From: Octopus vulgaris
Lineage: Eukaryota
Length of the DNA: 64,000 nucleotides
Direction of reading: 5' to 3'
NCBI GenBank assembly: GCA_951406725.2
Contig: OX597814.1
Span: forward strand, 41,044,001 to 41,108,000
Below the pieces are notes generated by a model. The model was not told the origin of the DNA, did no database searches, and worked only from the letters and a program-made list of their open reading frames with translations. Shown one piece after another: positions 38,520 to 51,346 of the stretch. Within the stretch, counting starts at the first letter, position 1. The number at the start of each line of letters is the position of its first letter. The translations under genes were made by a program, and so were the position numbers.

Positions 38520-39595
38520 CAGAATGGGTAGACTGTAGAGAAAAGCACAACACCATACAGAGCTTTATATATCATTAAAATCCGTCGGCTGTTTCTGGGA
38601 CAGAACGGTGGTAAGATGTATTATTATGGTGGGTGGATGGGTGCGTGGTAGACATGTAATTTTTCATATATAGAAGTAGGAGGGGAAAATATACTACTAT
38701 TGAGGGGAAGATATAAATAATGTTAGAAACGGAGGGTTCGAGAATATGACATATACCAAGACATTTTATATTTCAGATTTAATAGAATAATAAGTTAGGT
38801 AAATATGAACAGCTAACCAAATATCTAAGAATCAAAACATTCCTATGCCTATAAGAGAAGATGACATCTGAAAACGTATCTATCATTGAAGTAATGTGCA
38901 TATGCAGAACGGTTAACGATTCACTACTACAAATATTATATTTACATATATATTAATTGTAAGCGGGCGGGCTTCCGTTACTATCCAAAAAGATAATTTA
39001 TACCGAATATTTCGCGCTTTGAGACTATGGATATGCGTAACTAAAGAAGTAGAATATTTGGTTTTAGGATTAATAAAAAATCAACATGTGCATATCTATG
39101 ATTAACTTTTAGAGTGTTCTCAATATACATCATTGTTTGTTGTTTGCGGAGTATCAATATAGCGCACAGTAAATTTTTGCGTAGGCAAAAGCCTTCAAGA
39201 GGGCTTAAATGGGATGCACCGACAACTTCAGGATTTTTTGTTTTTATGATAGTTAGTGTCGCCATAGTGAAGTTAATCTAGATTGAGAAGTCGCTGCTAA
39301 GTGTGGATCTAAAACGGTGTTTATGACACAATAGGGGTGGATGTATTTGTTGAAATGGTGTTTAATAGTTGATAATTCAGGTTGCGATATACTGTCATAC
39401 TTTTAGAATTACTCACCATAAGAGAGTTGTTAGTGGATGTTGTACTATTATTGTCAGGATTCTTTTGGGGTGATATATAAGGATTTATATGTTCAATCAA
39501 TTTACCTCTGAGTTTGCGACTATTGAGAGCAGCTATGATATAACCGAAGTTAGGTGTGGCAGAGTAAGCTATGTTTATTGAATATTTATTGTGAG
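38520..39595 (-). mobile_element. Decayed Naiad-like PLE 3' fragment
   Basis: INIAYSATPNFGYIIAALNSRKL, *SCR/ASHLSPLEGFCLRKNL, MYIE..HRYAH and YSTSLVTHIHSLKARNI. A CCCAGAAACAGCC hammerhead-like remnant lies near 38590. Confidence 0.72.
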
Positions 39596-39599
39596 ATGA

Positions 39600-39708
39600 T
39601 GTAAATCGACCCCAGGACTTATTCTTTGTAAGCTTAGTACTTATTCTATCAGTTCTTTTGCTGAACCTCTAAGTTGTCAAGCGATCCTGGGCGACAGACA
39701 CAGACACA

Positions 39709-39744
<36 letters not shown>

Positions 39745-39892
39745 AATATATATATATATATATATACGATGCGCTTCTTTCAGTTTCCGTTTACGAAATC
39801 AACTCACAAGGCTGTGGTCGGCCCGAGGCTATAGCAGAAGACACTTGCCCATGTAACTAGTCATCAAGCTAGTTACCACACAGCCACACCTA
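39600..39892 (-). mobile_element. tRNA-derived SINE (family B), internally deleted
   Basis: The reverse complement matches 47365-47700 (GGCTGTGTGGTAA, GGGCAAGTGTC, GCTATAGCCTCGGGCCGACC, GATAGAATAAGTACT). Confidence 0.88.
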
Positions 39893-39913
39893 AGTCTAAA
39901 AGGACAGAAAGAC

Positions 39914-40031
39914 GTTTACTGCACCTAGGTCTCTCAAGCGGCCACGCATCTAAGCACTAACTAGGCTCGACGTTGCTTAACTTCGGTGATCGGACGAGAA
40001 CCGGTGTTTTCAAGGTGATATGTCTGTAAAC
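39914..40031 (-). rRNA. Solitary 5S rRNA-like copy (variant or pseudogene)
   Basis: Minus strand GTTTACAGACATATCACCTTGAAAACACCGGTTCTCGTCCGATCACCGAAGTTAAGCAACGTCGAGCCTAGTTAGTGCTTAGATGCGTGGCCGCTTGAGAGACCTAGGTGCAGTAAAC. It is ~118 nt with the conserved 5S CCGATC..GAAGTTAAGC box A region; box C is diverged. Confidence 0.9.
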
Positions 40032-42548
40032 ATATATGTGTGTGGGGGTGTATACACAAACTTATACATTTACATCATTTGTGTAGCACTTAAAGTCAGT
40101 TAAATAAAAAATTCACTTTTCTAAATTCTGTGTATGCATGCATCAATATATGTATTCAAAAACATATGTATCTATAAAGGCTGGGGGGACCAGGAGTTTT
40201 TAAATATCTGTAATAATATGTAGTTGGACACAAAACGTTCAGTTATCTTGTAACATTCTTTTCTATTCTTGACTGAAGTTGTATTTTGTCAAATATAACT
40301 CGTCATACTAGCTGACAGCTTTTGACGGTCTCCTATACCATGACGAATAACTCATAGAATTATCTCGTTCCGCGATTATAAAAAAGCTATTTCGATTTTT
40401 CCTAAAACTAGACCCAGAAATCTAGGAAATTAGACGTGTATCTTCGTCTAGAAAATCAGACTGATGTAGTTCAGAAATAGCACGAAATTAATGTTTCACT
40501 CACTTTTCTCTCCAGCAAACTACAGTGTTTTGTTTTGTACGTTTGAGCCCTCGTCTGTCTGTCTGCTTCTGAAGCAGTCTCCATCTCTTCCACTATTTTT
40601 GTGTGTGTATCTATCTACATAGCTATTTATCTATCCATCTGTCTATCTATCACGTTTGAAGATGTGTATATATATGCATATATATGCACATATATACATA
40701 TATATACATATACATATACGTGTGTGTGTATGTATATATATATATATAATTATATGCGTGTGTGATTGCCAGTGTTTTAGTATCTCATTACACTTTTACT
40801 GTTTCAGGGATTTCATTATATTTGCTATCACCTCGATCGAAACTGAGGCTATAAGCCGTTATTTCATTACACATTTACGCCTATGACGGTCTACGATGCA
40901 TCACAAAATATCAGCTATTCTGTTAAATATTCCAATATATGACTGACTTCTGAAATCCCAAGAATTTCTCCTGTTTGACTATGATGTTCATACTGCAGCC
41001 TTTCCCAAACATCATTGTGATAGCTGCATATGCCGTTGACATATTTTAAAATAGATCACAGACATATTTTGAAAGGTAAAGAGCTACAAGATAATAGTTC
41101 ACAAATGAAACTTCTTTATGGATTGAATTGATGTAACTTTCATCTATAATGATGTTCACACATTTCCGAATATAACAGGCTAAAGCTTCTGCTAACTTCT
41201 CTAAGACTGATGGGCGCATTCAATATATATTGATGGAATTATCATTGATCCTGCACACTACTTTTGAAACGGTTTTTCATTATATCGTGTTTGGCACCTC
41301 TAAGGATGGTAAAGATAATTATGTGAATCTGTAAGTCACTAAACGTGATAATGAGTTACATTTCTCTGGAAGATTATCAATTGTAATTTTTTATAGATTA
41401 TTCATCATAATATCAATCAATTCGACACGTATTCTTCAATTTAATGAACTTGTGTTTATTTTTCTTCATAGCAGTTGCTAATATCAGTTCATAGAAAATG
41501 GATTATCAATGCGATATGCGTTGTCTCTTTTAATATCAATCACAATGTGTTATCAAACATATCTTTATCAAATGGAAGGCTACCACTACAAGCACGCTCA
41601 CAATACTGCATATGCGTGCCGACAGTTGAAAATAGAATTAATGACTCAGACACAACATTACAGCAATTCATTCAGTGGTGTATTCTTCCACACGTCTTCA
41701 ATCAGACACAAATAAACGTGCGCGAATAAACAAGACTACTTACGTATTTCACACACCACGCATGCACACATACACATACTCACTAACACACACACACACA
41801 CACACACACACACGCGCGCGCGAGAGAGAGCTGGGTAGATATATAGATTCATAGATAGATAGTGAAACTGAGAGGGAGAAAGAGAAAGATAGAGATAGAT
41901 ACACACATACATCCGTACATACATTGATAGATACGTACATAGATAGACGGATAGGTGCGTATCGTTTCTCTTTCCCCTGTTTACATTCTACTTCAAACCT
42001 TACACTGTACATCAAACTATGTCGAATACTATTCTTCAGATTATCTGGCGCCATTTGATGGTCCCTAATCTTTGTATCTACAATAAACTTTCACCAAGAG
42101 TAAATAAAAAAAGTCTCAAGTCCAAAAGTTCTACTTATCAATTTCGCTGAACTCTTCACAACATGAATTTGGACACCAAATTAGCTGTATAAATGTTCGG
42201 TTCGAAAAACTGGTGCACAAAAATATACATTGCACGTTAAAACCCTCCAAAATATATACAAAATCCAAATAAGAAGTGATACATAATGCATAATAAACTT
42301 CAAGTCGTATGACAATTATGCTAAGGAAAAACAAAGTGATACAGATAACATGAACTATTTAAATCTATTTCATGGTGAAAATGTTCTTTTCATTGTTTTG
42401 CAGATATTGAAATATGTAAGTGTATTAAATGTATATATATATTATAAGTGTATCATACAGACGCGCGCGCGCGCACACACACACACACACACACATGCAT
42501 ATATCGATATATGCATATACATATGTATGTATATATATATATATATAC

Positions 42549-42602
<54 letters not shown>

Positions 42603-42887
42603 ATTTTATATACATATAAATATATGTATATATATATACATACGTACTTGTGAAGCTATGAAAATTGAAAGAATAAAGTGAAAGTGTATAAATGCGAAAC
42701 AATATAAAAAAAGCTTTACGAATTATAAATTAGTCCTTCGAAGGTTTCACTTTTATTTTCGTGTTTTGGGACGTAATACGGAAGTAGTGCCAATGTTGCT
42801 TTGTTTTAATTTTAAAAATACATATTGACAATCACGGGGTCACATAGTATTATTACTATGTAAAAATTTATTGGATTTGGTTGACCC

Positions 42888-42937
<50 letters not shown>

Positions 42938-43123
42938 ACATATACATATGTGTGTATACATATATATATATATATGTATATATATGAATATATGTATATG
43001 TATGTATAAATATATATATGTATATATATGAATATATGTATATGTATGTATAATATATATATATGTATATATATGAATATATGTATACATATGTGTATAT
43101 ATATGAATATGAGTATATGTATG

Positions 43124-43175
<52 letters not shown>

Positions 43176-43189
43176 AAACAAGTAAAAAA

Positions 43190-43560
43190 TAGAAAATGCT
43201 AAAATAATTTTATAGTGAACATTTCAGTACCGGTTTCGGTCATTTTGAGACCTTTTCAACTGTAACGATTAAATAATTAAATTTAGAAAAATTAGAAGAA
43301 AAGTTTTTTTAAAACAATATTTCTATAGTAGTGTTCAGATTTAAGTGGCATTCTGCCTTTCTCTGACTCCCTTGTTTGCACTTGTGTGTTCGAGGTAGTT
43401 GTGAGTTCTTGGTAGGGTAGTAGAGGGAAGGCTGGTGAGGAAAGGGGGTGGGAGAATCTGGGAGTGCCCTGATGGTCGTATTTTGAATGGCCAGTGGCGG
43501 CTGGCAGTCTCAGTTCAATTCAGGAGAATATTTATATCGACAGGCTTGTTTATAGAATTA
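43190..43560 (-). mobile_element. Probable PLE 3' end or terminal repeat abutting (TA)n
   Basis: Minus strand has YKYSPELN* (PxLN-type PLE C-terminus), a C-rich UTR, the hammerhead motif, then the (TA)n tract. Confidence 0.55.
43220..43267 (-). ncRNA. Minimal type I hammerhead ribozyme, U3-A8 core variant
   Basis: CGTTACAG-TTGAAAA-GGTC-TCAAAAT-GACC-GAAA-C-CG-G-TA-CTGAAATG. Helix I has 3 bp + an A.A mismatch + 4 bp, helix II is GGUC/GACC, helix III is the palindrome ACCGGU, and the cleavage triplet is GUA. Confidence 0.75.
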
Positions 43561-45009
43561 GCGTAGGTGTTATACTAAAAAACATTAGTGACAAACTTAA
43601 GGGGTAGGGATATTGGGATATCGGGAGAGATTGAGAGTGAGAGAAGGAAAGAAAGAGATGAAACTAAATTCAGTGAGTCTTAAGCACCAGATCATGAAAC
43701 TGACCGTGGAACAGCATCTTAGTTATACCAGGTATATAAAGGACTGCTTTAAAATAATGAGAGAACTGCTTCCAAATAAATACAGATAAAACTGACGTAG
43801 TCCATCAAATGGACACCTTAAATACTTTTATTTGTCTGTGATTTTCTAGATTTGCGAAAGATTAATGAATGAAGATGTCTTTAATGAGAAACAGGTGAGG
43901 CGTTCGAAGTCATTTAGGGGAACCAAGAATCATTTCTTCATCTTTCTATTAGCACTATCACCAATATTTATGAAGGGGTATTTTTTTTTTGTATATTGCA
44001 ATAGGAGACTATGCTTAGTATTGAGTTATCCCGTTATAGACAGACATTATATAAATTCTCCTGGTGAGATGTAATACTGGTTTCTAGTGTCAAGACTACT
44101 CGAGTATTGTTAGTATCTTTAAAATAATTCTTTTCGAAGCGGTGAATGAACGCATAACATATAATGCCCATACACAAAACGTAATACTGGCAGACATCAT
44201 TATTGTAGCTTTTATAGAAATTCGATACATTATGCTTGTATAGATGAATATGAAATTCTTGATATGCGATATTCATCATAGAAACAGCTGCGCTTGCTAA
44301 ATGAAATGCATCTTCTGAACAGTGGCTTGTGGTTTGAATATACCTATGTGGTCTAGTTACGTTGGTTTTCATTAAGCAACACTTCACCGATTGAGCTAAT
44401 AGATTCTTGTCATTTCCAAGGGATAGGGAATTTACTGAGAATAATTTTGACTGTTGTACGTTACTTTAATTTAAAACATTTCGAAGATTGGGCTCTCGTG
44501 GGAATTATAAACACCTGCATTTAATTTCTAGATGTGCAACAATGATTACGAGTAAAGAGATAATTCTGTCATCAACATTTCAATAGCATACTCTATCTAA
44601 AAGACGGTCTGCGCATTAAGGTTAGGCTTTATTCTTTTTGTTTTCGAGGAGCAAGGATTTCTTCTAGTAAATTACGTCTTGTAATCTTACGTCAGTAATA
44701 CAGACGCAAGCGTTATGCATTCTGTGGTCAAGTATATTGTGTATATTTTGAATACCGTTGTGAGCATTTAGATTATTTAGAAGGTATGATGATAGTTGTT
44801 CACCAACAGTTTTCTATTATATTTTCCACGTGAGAAAGTATATTCTTAATCTTATATATTTCGTTACAGATACTGAGTCAAGTCAAAAGTTTTGAAAATG
44901 TGCCTACGTGATAAATTGCACCCTGTATATTGCCTAACCAAAGTAGATCAAAATCTGAAAGGTACCCGTCAGTAGTTTCATGCTAGCTGTTCCCTACGTA
45001 TGAGATTTA

Positions 45010-45560
45010 AAGCTGCACATATAGACTTGCAATGCAATTTTGTTTGGGAACCTATGCTTTACGAGATCGAAGAAGGCCATAACGCTATGAAAGAACCAAA
45101 ATCATCAGTTGTGCGAATCAAATATTACGCTCTGCTTGGACGATTAGGCAAGTTTAGGTAGTCCTAAAACTGTAAATTCCGAGGCTGTGCTCCAAGCAAT
45201 AGACACAAGTGCTCTGAGTAACACTCGGAGAATGTCAGGCTAGCTTGGTATTAACTCCAGGATTTCGAGGAAATAGACTTGATACCATCCCCAGCATATA
45301 GCCTGGAGCTGTCGGATTATTATTTGTTCCGAACCCATCCATGCATCCTGCACTCGTGACTTTTTATTAACGAAAAGGAGTTGGAAGCATTAGAGAAGGA
45401 GGTCGTCTTTGCTTCAAGCAACAAGAAGCGCCATCAGCTTTTTATCAAAGAATTGACAGGAAAGTGGAGTCAAACGATGGACGATGAATGCCTTTACCTT
45501 GAATGATAGACTGCTTTTGTTGTAACTTTACGAATAAAGCAAATGCGTTACCAAAATGTT
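45010..45560 (+). mobile_element. Mariner transposase remnants (internally deleted)
   Basis: MLYEIEEGHNA (mariner N-terminus) at ~45054 and IPSPAYSLELSDYYLFR (decayed HPPYSPDLAPSDYYLFR) at ~45282. Confidence 0.7.
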
Positions 45561-47329
45561 GCAACACTTTTGATATAACACACTATTTTAAAACTTATCG
45601 GCATTTCTTTCAACTAGAATAAAAGAAAATAACACCTGGATGCCCCTTGATGAATTAAAAAAGTGGCGTTCATTAAACTAGTCTTTAGACAAATGGAAAG
45701 CTTCAAGAGGAGTGTAAGCATTGAATGAAACTCTGGATGAAATGATGAAACCCCTGTAGAGCAATATTTGACAAAAACATAAGGTCCATAATATGAATAT
45801 ATTCATAAAGAATGCGTTAGAATTGCTCTTAGGGATGGAATATTTCCATTTTTTTAATTTGTTAACATCTCATTCAATACAATTAGGAAAACGGAATATA
45901 ATTAAAAAGAAAATGAACATAATAATGGCCGTACAAGAGAATAATTCACATTTATTTTTATTTTGTATTTACCGATACATACACTTACACAATGTACATC
46001 TGTATGGCGAATTTAATGTGCATTTCGAATAGTGTACAATAAATTTCATCTTCGTGTATATATAATGTAAACATTAATCACATATTTACAGCCGACGAAT
46101 TTATAAGGTGAAGGCAGTGACAAAAATATTCAATTCTTGTCGTTCTATGAAGCTAGCAATACGTGTAGGAGTAAAGCCGTTTGAGATTGATAGATGGTAT
46201 TAATGTATCTGTTGAAGTGATGCATATCAACAATTCAGCGGGTATGGAATCTCAGGGGTGCCGGAAAGAATCGACCGAGAATGTTCGAGTTAAAATAACT
46301 TGAAATTTTTGAATTTTTGAATTTTTGAAAAGTATGTGTGCCTTCTATGTTTTTAGAGAAAACGTTTGCGTATTACTGGGGGGAAACCACACAAAATAGA
46401 ATGACCATTGTTTCAGGTGATTTTGTATGTAAATTTGAACTGCAGTAAGGCAGATTTCTGAGTGATTCTTCACCCTACTATCCTTTAAGTTGTTGCCAGT
46501 CGTTGAACTGAAAATACTTAGAGATAATGTAGTATAGAATGGCCGGCTTTATAATACATTCAAATCGTTAAATATATATCTTTTCATCGGGATTTCTTGT
46601 ACATGATGCTGCCGCCAAAAGGACTTTGATAATTATAGCTACATATTTTTCATGAAGTACAAAGATTGAACATCAAAAATGCCGTACTATTACAAGTGAT
46701 ATTTGCTATATATTACAGTTCCAAGGAAAATCATAACGTATGCAATTTTATTAATACGTTCACTGTCACCGGACACGGATTTGCAGCCAGGTAGTCACGT
46801 AATATAGGGGGTACTGGTTCATCTTACACGGTTGATAAAATTATGGATGAAGCTAACTTAGTGCAATCTCCGTCACTGTGAACTAATACAACTATATTTG
46901 TAAGAAGAAAATGTGCAAAGCAAAATATGTAAGCACAATCACTCAACGACGAAATGAAAGATCTATATTAATGTAAATCACGTGTGTATGACTGATTCAA
47001 GATGAGTGATTCAAGAAATGGACAGGATGGTTGAAATGTTTGGGATTGTCGAGAAAGGCAACAATGTTTCCCAAAATCGTCTCTGAAGAGAAGTTAACTG
47101 GTGTGAGATGGGATACCGTTTCTTAACGGAAGCCGAACCTACTCGCTATGTAGAATATGAACAAATAAAAATAATTGAAGCTCCGCATGGTTAATGACGA
47201 CAACTACAGGGCAAAGCTTGTAGACTTTTCTTCAGGAAAGGGAATTTGATCCACTAAGTTACAAGTAATCATCATATGTCTATTTCTTCCAGTGTCATAC
47301 ACACATACACACGCATATACACCACACTG

Positions 47330-47364
<35 letters not shown>

Positions 47365-47366
<2 letters not shown>

Positions 47367-47775
47367 CGCAGTAGTGGCTGTGTGGTAAGTAGCTTGCTAG
47401 ACAACCACATGGTTCCGATTTCAGTCCCACTGCGTGGCATCTTGGGCAAGTGTCGTCTGCTATAGCCTCGGGCCGACCAATGCCTTGTGAGTGGATTTGG
47501 TAGACGGAAACTGAAAGAAACATGTCGTATATATGTATATACATATATGTGTGCGTGTGTGTGTTTGTGTGTCTGTGTTTGTCCCCCTAGCATTGCTTGA
47601 CAACCGATGCTGGTGTGTTTATGTCCCCGTTACTTAGCGGTTCGGCAAAAGAGACCGATAGAATAAGTACTGGGCTTACAAAAGAATAAGTCCCGGGTCG
47701 AGTTACTCGATTAAAGGCGGTGCTCCAGCATGGCCACAGTCATATGACTGAAACAAGTAAAAGAGTAAAAGAGAA
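47365..47775 (+). mobile_element. Full-length tRNA-derived SINE (family B)
   Basis: Head GGCGCAGTAGTGGCTGTGTGGTAAG...GGTTCCGATTTCAGTCCC, CORE-like CTTGGGCAAGT, internal (TA)/(TG) tract, and tail GGCGGTGCTCCAGCATGGCCACAGTCATATGACTGAAAC-(AGTAAAAG)n. Confidence 0.92.
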
Positions 47776-47853
47776 TATGCGTGTGTGTGTGTGTTTGTCT
47801 GCATTTTTCCTCCCTGTAAATATGCACACGTGTGTATAAGCACACACACACAT

Positions 47854-47885
<32 letters not shown>

Positions 47886-47929
47886 GTAAGCGAACTTAAG
47901 CTTCCCTCGTCAACATAATGATAATAGTA

Positions 47930-48560
47930 ATTATAGTGTTAATAGAACAGACCAAGCCACTCCGTCTCCAACCTTTACTCTGACAGTATTACCCCCTCCA
48001 TTCCTGAGAATAATCTCCACAATGCACGACCATGTAATTGCTGTCGTGGGACCATCTGCCCTCTACAAATTCATTGCATAAACTCTAATGTAATTTATAA
48101 ATGCACTGTCCTCAACACGTTACACAATTCTACAACCATATATATATGGTCAACTATAAATTTTAAACAGCGTGACGCTGCGCATCTCAATTCTGTTACA
48201 TACAAGAAACAAAGTAAAAACACATCGCTCACCAGTCACATACATCATCTTAAAAATAGAAATATTTCCTATATCTTGTCATGGTCCATAGTAGATTAAG
48301 GCTTTGCATACCAAGGTCAATGCTCAGCCCGTTAGCTATGTCATAAAGAGGCATTCTACGTACATATTAAAACAACGCTTCAGTTCTACTAACTAAATAT
48401 TATGAGGCTGTAGGTACATGCAACAACATCTTTTTCCATACCTTCAAATTTTACTGCAAACCTAAATGCAACCTATATAACGACAAAGCACATATCCCGA
48501 ACACCATTTAGATAATCCCAACTACCTTATTTGATATTCCATTAATTTTTAACTCTCAAA
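47930..48560 (+). mobile_element. Naiad-like PLE GIY-YIG fragment (same family as 35400-36660)
   Basis: PCNCCRGTICPLQIHCINSNVIYKCTVLNTLHNSTTIYIWSTINFKQRDAAHLNSV...TSLTSHIHHFKNRNISYILSWSIV, collinear with 35890-36620. Confidence 0.87.
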
Positions 48561-48610
48561 ATTGGGACATGCATATTCGTATGTATACGAATGCGTGTGT
48601 GTCTGTCTAG

Positions 48611-49400
48611 ATCACTAACTGCTGCACATTCTTTATGTTCTCTCCTTGTTTATTTATGTGTTCCGTTCTGTGGAAGAGCGTAGACTCGAAACGTTAAAAA
48701 CCTTTTTCACTTCCCGAGCAATAAACAATGGCATCTCCTTTTTGTCTGCACCACCGGTTTTCGTCTTTTATTTTTTGTTTTCTTTGTCAACCCTCCCCCA
48801 TAAGCCCACCCCAACACATTCCTACTCCATCTTCCCTATCCTATCCACACACCCTCTCCCACATACCCCACCCTCTGCCTACCCACATACCCCAACTCTC
48901 AGGCGAACCCACACCCCACCCGTGCTTTCCCCACTCTCGCCTCCAACACCTCCCCACAACATCACACCACACTACACCATACAACATTACACATCACATC
49001 TCAGCACACCACCCACACGCCAGCACTGACCAATTCCCATCCCTACATTTTCACACCTACACATATATACACGCACACGTCCAGACCACCAGCCCTCTTT
49101 CACACGCACATACATACTCTCTTATACACGCACGCACCTTCATGTTGGGAGTCATATTTACTTTGTTATCTCCCCTACTTCTTCGCTCTAGTGTGTGACC
49201 CTTCTGTCTGGCTGTCGCCATGATAAATCGTTTAGCCACTACACACATTTTTTCTCTCCTTGTTTTTCTGTTTCTCTTCCTATAGAAGAGCGTAGGCTCG
49301 AAACGTAAAAGACTTTGTCTATTCCTGAGTGTTATACTAATACATCTGTTTGTCTTGTACACCACCTGTCTTCGTCTTTTGTTTCATTCGTAAACTCCCT
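48611..49400 (+). mobile_element. Two direct ~190-bp PLE terminal repeats with hammerhead-like motifs flanking an AC-rich spacer (retrozyme-like)
   Basis: Repeats at 48611-48800 and 49220-49400 share TCTCTCCTTGTTT..GAAGAGCGTAGxCTCGAAACGT..CACCACC..TTCGTCTTTT. The spacer shares AGCACTGACCAxTTCCCA and TGTTGGG..TACTTT with the PLE 3' UTR at 11780-12290. Confidence 0.8.
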
Positions 49401-50994
49401 ATACATATATACATATACGTATACATATATGTATAGAAATATCCATCATATATACGTATATATACAGACGCACGCACCCACACACATATATATTATTGTA
49501 ACTACTACCAGCTTGCATCTTGTTATTCGAATTTCACGTATTCGATAATCATATTTGATATGAAGTGCGGCATAATTGATCCGTTCGTTATTCATAGTAT
49601 ATGGATAAGTGCCCACAGAAAAAGCCGCTGGTTAAGGTGACAATGAAAGAAAGAGAAGGAAAGGCGAAAATCGATCATTTTCTTGTAATGAGAGATGAAT
49701 ATTTGAAGTAGATTTTATATGCTTATGCACCGGTTGACGTTTAGAATTCAAACAGAACTGGAAGACGCCGATAAATTTTTACATGGTAAATTGCATAATC
49801 AAATTCTCACGATAACTTCGATCATGTACATTTCAAAGAAATTTTCTAGACAATGAATAATACAGGCGATATCCATTTGCAGGATATGCTATATAATGAT
49901 TTCCTCTGAAACGTAACAAAAAATAATTTACAGATTCCTACATTTTGTAATAAACATAAGAAGAGAAAAATAAATTTAAGTGACATTTCATAACGGTATG
50001 CTCTGATGTATTATGCCATTATGTAAATTTGCAAGTGTTCAAATATACTATTATTTTAATTGATAAATTGTTAAACAACAACCCGAACGGCTGTGTTTCA
50101 GGTGCGCTTATGCATGTTTCAACGAATTACATCCTGCAAATTATTTCAGATGATTTGAGATTGATATCAGATACTCTACACATATCTTTCATAAATACAA
50201 TTATCAAATAATTTATATTGCAGGGATAGTTACCTTATTATAACTCCTTAATGCATTACAATATACGTGTATTAATTTCTTTGGGTTCATGCACCCTGAA
50301 TTATATGAAGTTATATATGCTTCTATGTAAAATGTGTTTAGAAGCTAGTTGCAAGTATACATTTTACTTGTTAAAATTGTACGTGTTACATTGGGTTTAA
50401 AATTTTGTCAAAAGGCGCCATTTTATATGTGTTATTTATGTAAATCATGGATGCGTCGCGTAATAGGTGTATGGGCTGCGTATTTTAGAGGCAGTTAAAA
50501 TCAAGAAGTGCAGGAATGGAATGTAAATTACAAGGTGAGCACAGCAGCAGGAATGAAGTTTTACATATGGTGTTTATTACTCTTGAGTTGATGATAACTG
50601 ATATATCGCAAATGATCAAGCATGTACAGTGACATACCAGGCATATATTTAGGAATAGCTATAAAGAACTTTTAGTATTGTTGGTGTGACCCCTCTGGAG
50701 TTTTGAAACATTTTTAATGTGGAGGGCAGGTTGACATCTATAGGATGTATTTTCACGTTTTCTAGTAGTAGATGCAATCATGTAATAGTAACGTCTTTGG
50801 CTCTAGTGTTTAGATTATTGTTCATCCGTATTTACGTTCTGAATATTCAAATACCGTCGAGGACAACTTTGTATTTCATCGATTTAGAAACGCTAACATG
50901 AATACTAATTGATCACTTAGGTCTATGTAATCACCTTTCACCCTCTCCTGAAATATATGGCCTTCGTTTAAATTTGAAACCGATATCTATCGAT

Positions 50995-51190
50995 CGAGCT
51001 GGTAGGATCTTTAGCAAGTCGAGCGAAGTACTTAGCGCTATTTCGTCTGCCGTTACGTTCTGAGTTGAAATTTCGGGGACGATTAAATAAGTACTAGTTA
51101 CGCGCTGGGGTCGATGTAATCGGCTTAATCCATTTGTCTGTCCTTGTTTGTCCCCTCTATGATTAGCCCCTTATGGGCAATAAAGAAATA
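50995..51190 (+). mobile_element. tRNA-derived SINE (family C), internal deletion
   Basis: ATTTCGTCTGCCGTTACGTT..CTGGGGTCGATGTAATCG..TGTCTGTCCTTGTTTGTCCCCTCT..AATAAAGAAATA matches the reverse complement of 36044-36272. Confidence 0.88.
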
Positions 51191-51314
51191 TATTTTCACA
51201 CGCTCTATAGTAATAAAAAGAGAAAACAAGTGCATATATATCAATTAACTTCATAGCGTTCAGATCCACTTAGTCTTTGAGTAGAGTTTGATAACTTATT
51301 CAAACACAAAATTC

Positions 51315-51346
<32 letters not shown>

